A DNA stretch of 64,000 nucleotides from Bigelowiella natans CCMP2755 (taxonomy: Eukaryota; Protista; Cercozoa): assembly GCA_000320545.1 (NCBI GenBank), contig ADNK01000179.1:59005-123004 (forward strand), in the 5' to 3' direction. The notes beneath the pieces were generated by a model that was not told the origin of the DNA, did no database searches, and was given only the letters and a program-made list of their open reading frames with translations. Both the position numbers and the translations under genes were made by a program. Of this stretch, positions 38,582 through 52,143 are shown one piece after another; the stretch's first letter is position 1, and each line of letters starts with the position of its first letter.

Positions 38582-40630
38582 ATGTCGTCTTCGTCGACAA
38601 AGGCAAGCACGGAGGATTCGAAACAGGGTGAGCGTGATCATGATTTTTTGACTTTCAAAGAAGCCATAACGATTCTTGGATAGGAGGTGGTGAGAACATT
38701 GATGGAGTTGCGAAGCGTATCAAAAAGCTGTATCCGCGTGAGTATTTCCGCAAACACCTGGAATATGGAATAAGGTAGGCAGCCTTTAGCTCACCTCTAC
38801 CATAAGCTCAATTTTGTTCATCTTCCACCCCCCCTCTCTCCTCTCCCTCTTTTTCTCTCTCGAACCTTAGAACAGACGGTAGGAAACCTATGGACATTCG
38901 TCGGACAGCTGTATCAACAGGTGCCAATTCCTTTGTAGGCTTTAACAGTGCAACGATCAAACTCCTCTTGGCACAGACACCATTAAATCGGCCGATGGAT
39001 CGAGTGTAGCGAAAATTGGGAATACGACGGTTGCTTGTGGCATCAAAGTAATAGCTTCTTCGCATGAAACATTCCTTCATCCTGCATCATGTCGATGATA
39101 TCATCGTTTGATCAACTTTCCAGCTAGAAGTTGGAGTTCCATCTGCCCTTTCACCTAAGGAAGGGAGAATCATGGTAGAAAATGAGTCCCAAGCACGGAT
39201 GCGTTTGTTTGTAAGCTCTTGTCTGCAGGTGAATCTGACGATGGCTCCTTTGAGCTCTCCCTCACACAGCAAACAGGTTAGAGTGTGTCAGAGATGAAAG
39301 ATTTTACAATAGATAATCCCAACATCGAATTTCAGGCAATTCAGCAAAGGTTCATGAAAGACAAAGTCACAGAATCTATAGCAGTGGTAAGTCAAGAGAT
39401 TTGGTTCTACGATGATTGTAGTTGAGCCAGTTTCATTAACCACTACCTAACAGACCGTCTTAGAAGCTATCCAAAACGCTCATATGGTCAACCTGGAAGA
39501 GGTTTCAAAGCTTTATAGAATTGATACAGAGTTTTTCAAACTAATTCATTGTAAACTTGTACTTTATTGTTTGTCAGTTATGCATTAAAGAAGGCGAGAG
39601 TGTCTGGGTAAATTCGTTTACTTTGGGAATAATTTTCAACTATGAATAATCCGTGCTAAATAACATATTAGGTATGCTATCTGGACATGGTCTGCCTTGA
39701 TTACTCGGGAAATCTCTTCGATGCTTCACTCATTGTCAGTGATTCTCATGTCGAGACCTACAATGTGTGCGCGTGCGCGTGTTTGTGTTGATGTGTGCGG
39801 ACGGCGCGCACGTGTGTGGTTGTCCTAGATTGTATTCTCATAATCTGTTCATAGAGGGAAAACGAAATATATACAGCGGAGGGTGTCGCGCCATGCTATT
39901 TTTCATATTTTTTGTTCACAAATAGGCTGCGGTTGGAGCTTTAAAGAGCCTGGTCATCCCCCCAACTGTAGTAGCGGATGATGGAGAGGTGTAACGGCAC
40001 TAATCTTTTCGAAATTTCACTCAGTGTGGATTCATCAATCGCTGTATTTAACAATCTGTAGGTGATGTTGAAACAAGGTTCAGGAAGCAATCTGACGATA
40101 ATTCGCTATCCAATGCCGGTATGCAAACCCCGGATTCTTGTACATATAAATGCGGGCGTTTTCTATGTATAAGTTGGTATTAATCTCGTTTTTAATTTTT
40201 ACAGGTGTCATTTATCATCCTCGAAAAGGTGGTTCTGTTTCTTTGAACGAAGTTGTTGCAGAAAATGTTCTGGATTCATCACGAATGATCAAATTGAATT
40301 TGGTAGAAACATGTGGTTGCTGACCCATCTGCTGAAGAGGAACAGTTCCAGCAAGGGTGATATTAAATTTTGTCCATTTATCTTTATGTTAACATTTGTG
40401 AATCAACAGGAGGGTTTCTATCGTATATTCTATCGAGGGTGATCTATGCCTTCTCAAAAAAGAAGGTTTTCTTCTCCGTTGCAATGGTACTTGAGTAAAT
40501 CTGATAAAAGCTGTTTATATTTCTAGGTGGGGCGGTGATACTACAGCAGCAATTGAAAAAGTGTATGAAAGTCGCAGCGACTCACGCCAAGGCATTGGCA
40601 AAGAGCCTTTCGGTATTTGCATCAGATTGA
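38582..40630 (+). CDS. RRP43: Exosome core subunit RRP43 (RNase PH family)
   Basis: Short exons: KKLYPREYFRKHLEYGIR/TDGRKPMDIR, IKSADGSSVAKIGNTTVACGIK, LDMVCLDYSGNLFDASLI/AAVGALKSLVIP and VADPSAEEE. Confidence 0.92.
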
Positions 40631-41298
40631 CATTTCGGCAAGCTAGCAAGCTTGTTTGTTATCGCTATATCTAGATATGAGTGTGATCAAAGAAATTTGC
40701 AAACACAGCATGATTGTAGCGTACGCTCATACATCGCACTTCATGCACTACAAGGCATTTCATGCAGGACCTAACCGCGTGCTCTAGCGCTAGAAATGCT
40801 ATACTAGTATAGACGGCCGATTGCATATACATGCGATGATGCAATAACATATTTTCGATAAGCGCACGTGAGTATGAGTGCTGCATGCTAATTCGATGCA
40901 GGACTCGTCGGGCATTGCATGTAGTAGTAGCCATGATTGCTATATGTTTGGCTTCCAACTGTTTTTGCAGTTGGATAGCTTTGATCATACACATATATAT
41001 TATTACATAAATTTTAAAGCCACAATTGATTTTAGTCGCGCGCATGCACAATGTAGCGCATGCCCAAGTTCTAGAGCTTTTGCATCGTCTAGTCGTGTAC
41101 GTCGTGCGTGCAGAAGCAGCAGGCGTTACATAGTTACGCAATACAATACAGTGGTAATTAATTGCAATGCCATAACAAAACAGGTTCAAAATGCTGCATG
41201 TATCTGGCACGCGCTGTATTGATCGTTTGGTGATTATACGGATGCCCTTTGTCAAAAGTCTTACATTTGTTCTTTGGATGTATTGTGATAGTTATCCA

Positions 41299-42128
41299 TT
41301 AAGTGCTGCTTTCGTTTGTTTCCAGTTTCGCAGCAGCGCTACTGGACAATAACTCCTCTAATTCTCCGTTTTTAAACATCTCGATCATTATGTCGCACCC
41401 TCCGACGAACTCGCCGTCAACGTAGACTTGAGGCACCGTTGGCCAGTCGCTGGAAAAAAGGTACGTATGAACTTTCAGCAAAATGAATGTAATAGGCTGT
41501 TTGTGCAAAAGGTTTGAAATTCATGAAATAACTACGATAACATTATTACGAGAAATCTTTTATTCCTTGGCGCAATAACTCGTTGGAGAGAACATCTCTA
41601 GCTCGGAAATCATAACCTGTCAAATAAGTTTTGAAATTAGCTCGGCGATTTTGAATTGTAGTGCACACTACCCATGTGACGAAGAATATCGACCACTGTT
41701 TTGGAAAACCCACAACGAGGGGAGTTCGGTGTTCCTTTCATGTAAATCATCAACGGATTTTCCTTCACGTCCTAGGGAGATGAAGTGTGAGATTCTTGCA
41801 CATTATGAAGAGAGTTCCTTGGTTTTCACCTTTTCAATGAGGCTGTGGATATCGGACATGTCGAAATCTTGCTTTGACTGCGGCTTGAAGTCGTCATGAG
41901 AGTCAAAATTTGATTCTGGAGGGCTGGTACTGAATGCACGAGTGCTGTACATTTGAAGCAAAGGTGAGGTACGTAGAAGGCCGGGGGCACGATCGCAGAT
42001 ATATTTTACCATAAGTTGACAGTTCGATGAGACAAAATACGAAGGCTAGAGAAGCGTGAACCCTTCGACTTGGGAGCCGTGAGGGCGGTCCGAGCTACCC
42101 GTCCGAGTCGTCCGATGGAAGCGCGCAT
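41299..42128 (-). CDS. GRX5: Monothiol CGFS glutaredoxin, mitochondrial Grx5/GRXS15 type
   Basis: Arg-rich presequence, [20 protein letters not shown] and [21 protein letters not shown]. Confidence 0.94.
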
Positions 42129-42532
42129 TGCTTTTCTGGTGTGGGCTAATTTCCAGGATTTCGGTCGTAAATTAAGTACCCATCACTACCCGTATGAACC
42201 GATATTACCCGCTACTGACGTATTATTGATAAGATACAGGGATTTAATATTAATACGACATGCGGTACAGTCGTTTTCATGAAAAATACTCATAAATCGT
42301 TGTCGTTTTATATTAGAAAGACTGGGCTTTCTTAAATGCGGCAGCGTTTTTCTTCGCAAGTTTCTAATTTAAGAAAAGTGAAAGGAATTCGGAGTCTCAA
42401 TGCAGGAATGTACAGCGCTATGGCTAGAAATGAGAAAAACAAAAAATTCGGCAAATATTAGCAAAGAATTGACGGTGATTTAAAGATTAGCGACAAGATG
42501 TACCTTGCATAATTTTCTGACTGTTCTCAAAA

Positions 42533-44075
42533 ATGGCGTCGGAGGCAAAGCGAGCAGGTCCGCAAGGTCCGCCCGGACCACCACCTCATCCTCCGCCTTC
42601 CTCATCAACTTCCGTCAAAAGTGACCAGAGGGATCCACCCCCCGCAAGAGAACCTAAAAATAACAAGATCTTCGTCGGAGGTATCTCATGGACGACAACT
42701 GACGGTACCTATTGCGAGAAAAGATTGTTCAAATAAAGTTATGATTATCTTTCAGCATATTCATCAAAACCTTGGTTTTAAGTTGATTATATATTAATTA
42801 TTGTAAAAATTCCGACCGATTCCGTTTACAAGAATACTCCCTCTATACATTATTCCTTCAAGAACCTGCGCAAGTCGCAATTGCGCAGTTTGCGCAAAAT
42901 GAAGATCTTTTGATGGTTTTCTCAACTATATCTTATTGAAAATCATTGCCTGATAATTTATTTGCAGAGGCATTCTCAAGATTCTTCACGAAATATGGGG
43001 ACATCATTGACGCGATAATTATGAGGGATAAGATGACTAGGCAGTCACGCGGGTTCGGTTTCGTGACTTTCAAAGATCCTAACACTGTGACATCAGTTTT
43101 AGAAGAGACACTGGAGTTGGATGGTCGCAACTTAGATTGCAAGCTTGCGGTAGAATAAAGAATATATTCATTATTGTATGCCCTGAATTATTTCTCCTAT
43201 ATAGGTTCCAAAGGATGAGATGCAGCAGAGTATATCTTCGTCATCCCAGAAGACTCGGAAGATCTTTGTTGGAGGTTTACCCCCAGACGTGACAGAAGAT
43301 GATTTCAAAAAATACTTCGAGTATTATGGGAATGTGGTCGAGGCAAAGATTATGACCGATGGAATGACTGGAAAGCCGCGCGGATTTGGATTCATTACTT
43401 TCGGTGAGGGACTTATATAATTGCTTTTTGGACATTTAACATTTAATTCGTTTTACAGATTCGGAAGAGGTGGTGGATAAGATCAGCGAGAAGCATCATG
43501 TTGAGATAAATGGAAAAACTGTTGAATGCAAGAAGGCTATTCCAAAAGGAAGGATGGATAATGACCGAGGCGGACATTCATATGGTCAATATAATTCCTA
43601 TGGGCGATCTTCCCATGGAGGAGGCTATGGCTATGGCGGACGTGGAGGTGGTTATGGATATGGAGGAGGATACGGAGATGGTGGATACGGAGATGGTGGG
43701 TATGGAGATGGCGGGTACGGGCATCACGAAAATGGAAGGGGTGGTCCGAGGAATGATTACACAAGTTCTTACACTTCGGCGTACCACGACCGGGGACAGC
43801 AAGGACAATATGGTGGCTACTCGGGCAACTACTCCGGATATGGAGGAAATTATCAAGGCTATGGGTCGCAACGCTCGGGTGGATACCAGGGAGACTATGG
43901 TGGTTCAAACGGTAAGTGCAAGTTCAATGTCACCTAATTTGGTCTCTCACGCAAATTAATTTTGGTAGGCTATGGAGGAGGGTATGGAAGGAATTCTGGT
44001 GGGTATGGACGCGGGGGAGGAGGAGGAGGAGGAGGAGGAGGTCGCTATGACCGCTCATACCATCCCTACAGCTGA
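42533..44075 (+). CDS. hnRNP A/Musashi-like protein with two RRMs and a Gly/Tyr-rich tail
   Basis: KIFVGGISW...SRGFGFVTF, KIFVGGLP...PRGFGFITF and a C-terminal RSYHPYS* (PY-NLS-like). Confidence 0.93.
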
Positions 44076-44471
44076 AGATAGGGTTGACTTTCTCAAAACC
44101 AAAAATGGGCATAATATCGCATTCCAGATTCAACTTTCTATGGTTAAGAGTACAAAGTTATTGTACACCCCTCACACAAAGTCGTGTTTTAAGGGGGTAG
44201 ATTGTTGATATGTGCGAAACATTTCGTCTAAAGGTGCTGTGGTGCGCTGATTTGATCTCGCCATGAGATTTTATTTATTGACCAGTTAATCATCTGAAAC
44301 GCTCCTGCCCTTCATCTAGCATGGCGCTGAATGCATTGATGGCGTACTGACTTATTCATCATTCAGTTGCGATGATGACGCTGACATCGCATCGCGAAAC
44401 AACCAAGTTGCTTGCATGCATCTGCACATCATCTAATCTAGATCATCGCTGGCCATGGCTTCTGACAAATC

Positions 44472-44590
44472 ATAGACACGTAATACAATATATATATTAT
44501 ATATAGTATTACTATGTCTATTATTCAGCGGATACTTATTATAGACACGTAATACAATATGTACATTATATATAGTGTTACTATGTCTAT
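44472..44590. repeat. Two tandem copies (period 69 bp) of an imperfect AT-rich inverted repeat of about 50 bp
   Basis: ATAGACA-C-GTAATAC...GTATTAC-TA-TGTCTAT at 44472-44521 and again at 44541-44590. Confidence 0.9.
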
Positions 44591-45365
44591 TATACAAGCG
44601 TCAAGCGTGCGTGGCGAATGTGCACGTGCTGCGTCATTCTAGCACATTGCAGCATCACGTGTGTCGATCAGCCGCCCTTCTAGCCTTCATCATTGTGGTT
44701 TCGCACGCACAGTGCTAGCTAGACAGAGTGGACAGTGATTGACAGCTGATGAAACGTGAGTTTGCAAAGGGTTCACTTTTGACATTTGAACTTTCAGAGT
44801 CCAGGTGTGCACGAAACAAGATTGGAGAAAAATGGACCCACACCAAAAAAAAATCGCACTGCGCACCCACACGTGCGTGCTGTGTCAGCAAGCAGAGCTA
44901 GAGAGCCTCACTGTCTGTCGAACTTTTCTTTCCATGGCAGCCTCTTTGTTTGTTCATCCTGTGAAGCTTCTGTGGGCTGCACGCAGCTTGCTTGCACAAG
45001 AGTTGCACACACGTGACTGCCCAAGAAAAAACAAAGGAACAGAGACTGAGAAGAACAATGAACAATGAACAATGATGAAAAACTACATCTCCAAAGTGTG
45101 ACGAGACACTTGAAGAAGAGGACAAAAACAACAATCCGAATAGAGTGGTAGTTTCAACGGTAAAAAACAGAACAAATATCCTAGGAAATATTCATAGAAA
45201 TAATTAACGTTTGAAAAATATTAGATCTAATTAATATTTTGAAGAACAAATATAGAAAGTAGCGGTAGTAAATAATAATATTCAGGCGTAAGTGGTAACA
45301 CTCATACTTCTGCGGCACTACTCCAACCTGGAAGAGAACGAAAGAGGCGGTGGGAACAAAGCGGA

Positions 45366-45438
<73 letters not shown>

Positions 45439-45488
45439 CAGAAAGGAGAGAAAGAAACCGAGGTAAACATCATAGGGGTCATCTCAAA

Positions 45489-48400
45489 ATGCTGAGGGGC
45501 GATCAGAAGGACCCCATGATTGAGGTACATATGAACTCGACTTTGACCTCAACCACATGTATTCATTCGCCTTCACCACAACCTCGTGTTCCCCTGTTAT
45601 TCAGGATCTAAGAAAGCGTCGTGATGTAGTACTACGACTGGCGGAAAGCCAGAATGACGAGAAAGCTCTCGAGATCCTCCATCAGCACGTTGATCCCCAT
45701 TTTGTATCAGCGCGACGTTCATTTTTTCTAATATTAGTACGCATGTAGGCAAAGAAGGGGAAAAAAGAGTATGAACTGGTCGTACCTGGATTGATGTATG
45801 GCGTTTTAGCTTACAACAATCTTCGAGAATCACTGGTGGGTGTGCATATGACGTTGTTGAGACAGCATTAGAAATGTGCGCATATGTAGGTATCCATTCA
45901 AAATTTGGTAGCAATTTCGGACGATGACTCGCACGAAGTGTTAGGACGCGAACTCATTCGCCTGTTAGATCATGACCTTCGATTTGAGGCGATGCACACC
46001 GTAACTAAAATGAAGGTGGCTTCCCTCCTACATCTTCCTAATTTGTCAACGGCTGAAAAGTTTCCTTCCAGGTTATCGATATTGTCTCGAATATCGCAAA
46101 CGTAGCTGTAGCGTTTGATTCGCTACTTATAGTCATGGCAAGGCTAATGGTTGGAATATGCTTTCGCATCGATTTTGGAACATCTGACGGAAGCTGGGTG
46201 GCACAATATGGCGAAAAGCTTATGCACTTGATATCCGAGAATCTCTCTAGGGTATCATCCTACACATTAATTCTGATGACGATGTTGCCTCGTCGGGACA
46301 TATTAATATCTTGAGGGAATTCTGACAAATTCTTTATACCGTTTTGCTAGTTAACACGGCGTGACGACACAATTTCCATTCTCATCTACAACCTCCTAGG
46401 GATGGTAAACAAATATGCAACTTTCATTAATTCCTTGCGGACATTGCAATTGACTTGAAATGTGTTGTTATTCAGATCCATGAGCATACTTCTATCCCTC
46501 TTTCCAAAAGAGGACCTTTGCATAAATGGCTCAAGTTAGAAGTACGTACGTCGGTCATTTGAATAAGAAGAAGAAGAAGAAGAAGAGTCTATATCATCCT
46601 GCAACTTATTACTACCTTATTTCGAACATGCAGATCGATGTCTGCTACGAGCTTATGCAAACTGGGAGCCAGGCATGGAAACACCATGGAAGAGACATAA
46701 TTCGGGTACTCGCACGTGTGAAAAAAATAGGAAAATTTTCGGAGATCTGGAACAAATTGGCAAACGAAGATGACGGGCTAGCCCTGTCGAGAGCCTTGTC
46801 AAGAGCTACGAACCCGAGAATACTAGCGGGCCGGGTCTCGCCCAACATGTGGAAGGATTTAATGTTCATGCTAAAGAAGGTCTACACGGGAAAGCAAGCT
46901 AAGATTCAAAAGTTATTCGTGAAGAAATTCCTTAAAAGCGAATTCTCGGACGTTCTGAGACCGGATATCGTGCGGTTCATCTGTGGTGGATACCACCCCC
47001 CAAACCACGTGCTCGCTTCGCAGATTTTGCCCAGATACATGACTATCGGATGGCTCTATGTAAGAATTTCAGCAACTTGATACTCACGAGCACATGATAC
47101 TAACCATTATTGTGAATACTTCTATCATCAGTTCACTCCCATGAAGAAGCAATCCAGACCTACGATAATGCGCAGTGTCCTGTGGGACATGTTTTCGTTC
47201 AATGCCGACGATGGGAACGTCATGAATATAGAGCCTGCAGCTTTACTTCTGGTTAAGTCAATCCCGAAATACCCGAACGTGTCAGCGGAGGTCGGTCCAT
47301 AGTTTGCAATTGATGATCCATGGCATTATTTTTATTCAAACTTCTTAATGATATGTGTATATTTGAACACTGATGCAGATTCTCAAACTCCTCACGGAAA
47401 CCTCGAGCTTCCCTTTCCAAAATGCGGCAAAGTGCATTGGATTTGCACTGAGAAAGCTTCTTAAGCTAGATGTGATAAAGCCGCGCGAACTGAGTAAAGT
47501 TCTAGAGTGCGAGAAGATAAATCCTAGTATAAAAAATGCTTTCCAACTGAAATTTGGAGAAGCAATCAGCAACAGCACCAGTAAAAGCGGTGGCAATGAA
47601 AGCAGCAGCACCCCCACACTTCCATCATCTTCCCAGACCCCATTTCCTTCAAGTACGTCTACAACGACCACATCACCCCCCCCTGAAGCACTGACTGCAA
47701 AGAGAGGACCAGCAGCAGCAACAGCAGCCCAAAGGATGGGTGTGTCGAAAAGCCACGGTATCCTCCTCCTCACCACTCATCTGATTGTTCTTTTGAACAC
47801 CATGGATGAAAACCAAACACAGCTAGTGTTACTCTGTCTGGAGTAGAAGCATAAAATGTGATTGTTCCTGATCATTTACTTTTTGCTCCCATGTGTGTTT
47901 CAAATATGATGATGAGGATGTTCGCAAGTAACAGGAAATATATATATATTTTGAAAAGGCCAACAACAACAACAATCGGACAAAAAAAAGGATGATAATA
48001 AAACACCTCTGCTAGCCGCCGGGCCTTCTACAAGCGGCTCACCCACTACACGTCATTTCCCCTCTAAAGCAACAGCAGCAACCTCATTATCGCCTTCTTC
48101 TTCTCCAACCTCAATGTCCCTCTCCTCCTCCTCCTCCTCCCCGCATGTAGCAGCATCCTCTCAAGCTTCCTCTTTCAGTGGTACTTTGAACCAGAAGACA
48201 ATGAGCGCACGTGGTGGTAGTAGCAGTAGCAGGTGTGGTAAAGTCCAAACAAGTAATAAGAGAAAGAGGCAGCCTGCTGCTACGACAACGACTACTGCCT
48301 TGGAAGACACCGCCCCGAACCCAAAATTACATAAAAGAGATAGAATAGGAGGGGAGAGAGGAGGAGGAGGAGGAGGAGGAGGAGGAGGAGGGAGGGGGAG

Positions 48401-48812
48401 GGGGAGGGGGAGGGGGAGGAGGAGGAATCACAACAAGTGGCAGCAAATCCCCAAACGTAGTAGTAATGGCTCCCAAACTACGGGAAAAGACAGTTGCAGT
48501 TCTCCACGTTCTGGATCAATGCAAAAGGGCGGAGGATTTTGAGAATAAGTTCCTCCAACAGCTGTCCGGTGTGCTCCTTGATCTTGACCAGAATCATAAC
48601 TGGGTCGTTGACACGCAAGTAAGCAGCAACTCAACAGTATTGTTCTCGTTACTGCTCGAGAGTCTTCTTTCTAACGAGTTTATGATCTGCTTTTACACTC
48701 TTCAGACGATTGAGTCACTTGGAAAAGCCATCGCAGCCAAAATGGTGGGTCAGCAGCCGACCGACTGCTTCGTTTAGCTCAACAAATCACATATTTTGTT
48801 AAGTACGTGTGA

Positions 48813-48846
<34 letters not shown>

Positions 48847-49106
48847 TTGCATCTTGATTATCGTTGTATGAGAGAGTTGTTCTGCTGTACATTGTTAGGA
48901 TCCTGGCAATGAATCAATTGCAGATACTACAACTGGGGGGAAGCAGCGGAGGAGGCCATTCTCTCACATCTTCTTGGATTGGTGCTTAAAGACCCACGAC
49001 ACATTGACAGGCAAGCTTTATGGAGAGTATTTGTACTACGACGATGTTGATGCAATCATCGTTACCCATGTATTATATGTATGTAATTATACATAAATAT
49101 TGATTT

Positions 49107-49144
<38 letters not shown>

Positions 49145-49359
49145 ATTTTTTGTGATATGATTGTATCTGGCACCATCACAGATGAAAGCCTGACCCAAAA
49201 GACCGGAGACTCGAATTGCATCCTTTTCCTCCTGAGGCTCTTTATTGCCACGAACCACCACGAGCCGATCCTACGCTCTTTGCTACTTCACAAGTCTCTT
49301 CATAGATGTTATGCTCCTTCCAGTAAAAGATCTACATCTGGAGGATGGGATCAACTCGG

Positions 49360-49394
<35 letters not shown>

Positions 49395-51432
49395 TTACGT
49401 CAGATTCATCTACCCCCCCCCCTTCCTTCCTTGGTGTAGTATTGAAGTCTTATCATGATAAGAATATGTCTGTACTTCTTTCAGCAAACGTTGAGCAAGA
49501 ACCCAATTACCAAGATCAAAAGACTCTTGGCGACGGAGGTGTGGCGCCAAAGATCTCTTCCTCAAAGCACATATATCTGTACGTTCGTCTCTGCCGCTAT
49601 GAGCAGACAAATGAAGAGGTAATAATATTGATGATAATAATAATTGCAAAAAACGGATGAAAGCTCACAATCACATGAAAGATGTTGTTAGAAGCAAGTT
49701 CTCTTACAATCATACACTGTCAGGCTCGAGAGTGCTTGGCGTTTGACGTGGGGATGTGGTGGAATTGCTTCACTTCTGATGGACGCACGGCATTACTAGA
49801 GGAGACGACGACGACGGGGCCATACTCTTTCTGTGCGTCTGTTGGGTTGTTGCTCGATCCCTTCCTATCTGAGCCGCCGCCGACGAAGAAGAAGCATGAT
49901 CCTAAGAGGAAATCAGCACACCAGCAACAAGGCAACAACAACAACAACAACAACTGGAAGTCTGAGCAGCAGCAGCTTGGTATTGGGCCTCTAATCCAAG
50001 GTGATATAATAATAAGAAGAATTATCAAAGCAGCCCGCGCTTCTCATTAAAAAAGAATGCGCTGATGATACACTGATTGATATGTGTGTTGAATTCTCTA
50101 ATGCCAGCCAACCCAATGCTTCTCGAGGAGATTGTGAGCGGTGTGACGCCTGATGAGATGCTCATTTTGGAAACTCGTGCGGCTGCTGGGAGGCTGTCTT
50201 TGTTTCGGTCGTGCGGTCAAATTCTCCCGATGTTTCTCGATCACGTACGCAAATGGGACAACGGAAGTCAAGGCATTAGCTGGAAGCTGCTTCAGGCCGA
50301 ATTAGACGCCTCGGGGAGCAATAGTTTGATATATAGCTGTGGAGAAGAGGAGGAGGGGAAAGGAGAAGAAAAGGAGCAGCTGCACGCCGATAATGATGAT
50401 ATGGAAGAGAAAGAGGACACTGATAGCATTAGAGGAGGAGGAGGACGAGCAGCAAGCACTATATGGGCAGTCCTGGAAACTCTAGTCAACGAGTTGGTAA
50501 TTTCACTCTGTGAAGGAGGAGGAGGAGATGGAGGAGCAGACTATGATGCCACGTACTCTTCGATAGCTTGTGCTCTGCGTGGCCTTTCCCAAGTGCTAAT
50601 GTCACATAGAGTAGTGACTCGATGTCAATCCCCTGCTAATCTTCTCAAGACACTCCTTGCTAGCACAGCTTCAGCTACCCGCAAATTGGCAAACAATGCA
50701 ACGACTCAAGTCCCCTCCTCTTCTTCTTCTTCTTCTTCTTCTTCTTCTTCTTCTTCTTCTTCTTCTTCTTCTCGTAAGCAGTCTTATGCAGCAGTAAACC
50801 TGATTCTCTCATTCGCACTTCGGATATTTTCCCATTGGTTGAATACGAGGACAAAGGCAACGACCGGCCTGCTGCAAGAATTTGGAGGAGGAGGAGGAGG
50901 AGGAGGAGGAGGAGGAGGAGGCAGCGGTGAGAAGAAGCGTTCATCATCATCATCATCATCGACGCGAAATCATGCCTCCAGGATGGGGCTAGTTGAGGTT
51001 CTGGTGTTTGCGACTGGTGGTTCTGATGGTAGAAAGGTGCCAGATTGTGTCGCAGTGTCAGGCCTCGGATTCCTCGTAAATGAGGTCCTAGATGCAATCC
51101 AGACAAAAGACAAGCGAGAAGTCAAATTAATAGAAACTCTGCGAGGGATGACATGGATTCGAATGTCGGAAATGCGTGCGACACGGAAGCGTTCAAGAAA
51201 GGGAATGAGTGAAAACGACTCATCAGCGAGCAGTAAAGAAACCTTGAAGAGGAAAAAAATATTGATGAGGAAGGCCAAGCGAAGACCATCGGTGGGAAAT
51301 GATGAAAATGATAAGGATGATGGCCAAGAGAAGAAAGCTGTCCTTCGTAGAACCAGCAGCAGAGACAAAGATTCAACCTCCTCCTCGCTAAATGTAAGAC
51401 AAGGCAGCTCTAGGCGACAAAAATCGACTTAG
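45489..51432 (+). CDS. INTS3: Integrator complex subunit 3 (SOSS-A)
   Basis: GRDIIRVL, LRPDIVRFICGGYHPPNHVLASQILPRYMTIGWL and NVMNIEPAALLLVKSIPKYP match INTS3 motifs. The start and some 3' exons are approximate. Confidence 0.87.
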
Positions 51433-52143
51433 CCTAGATAGTATGCTTGATATAGTGAATGAATATTTACCATCAAGATTATGACTGTCTTTCATACCGT
51501 AGATCTAGAGATTGACTAGAATTCCATCGATTAATTGCATTCTTATACTCTAAATTTTGCCATTGAAGTGTGCGTGTACGTTTGTCTAGTTTGTTTTGAC
51601 TAGTTATTAATGCATTTATTATGATTATTTACTGCACATAATCGTCAGCGTAGCATGCATTTCGATCGATTCCCCAGACCATATCTCCACCTGCATTGCT
51701 AGATCGTTGCTTGGTGGACAATGTGGCGGCAAGCGCTCCGAATCGAAGTTTCAGCATGTACACACTGCTCACATGTTTGCTGCCCTAGCTCCATATATGC
51801 CATTGTGCAATGCACATGTGGGAGAGCTTGTGTGCTGTCTAGCTGTACATGCTAGCATGCATCATTATTGTGCTAGCTATAGTACGTACGTGCACAGTAG
51901 TATTCGCTACACGTACAAGCATGCACAAGTAGATCATGCATGTACTGCGATGCCGTACATCACATTTGTAGTATAATAGAAAAGCTCTTACACTGTGACC
52001 CCTTTTACAGCTTGTGACACTGTAGTGCATTTTTTAGTTGTAAAATGGGCCTTGCGCACCGCTCTAATGTGCAGCAGAAATATTCGGAGAAACAACGTCT
52101 ATTTCCGTGTCTTTTCACCACAGTAGAATACTATTTGTATCGG

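Noticed and set aside
40671-41255. 194-aa minus-strand ORF, and similar ORFs at 32568-32783, 51707-51976 and 2805-3122
   Set aside because: They are rich in Cys, Met, His and Ala, lie in the RY-rich convergent tracts and have no recognisable motifs.
44786-45068. Short ORFs with CxxC motifs (LFVCSSCEASVGC; minus-strand RVCNSCASKL)
   Set aside because: Loss of TA removes TAA/TAG stops and creates Cys/His/Ala codons, so such ORFs are expected artefacts. No coherent gene model could be built.
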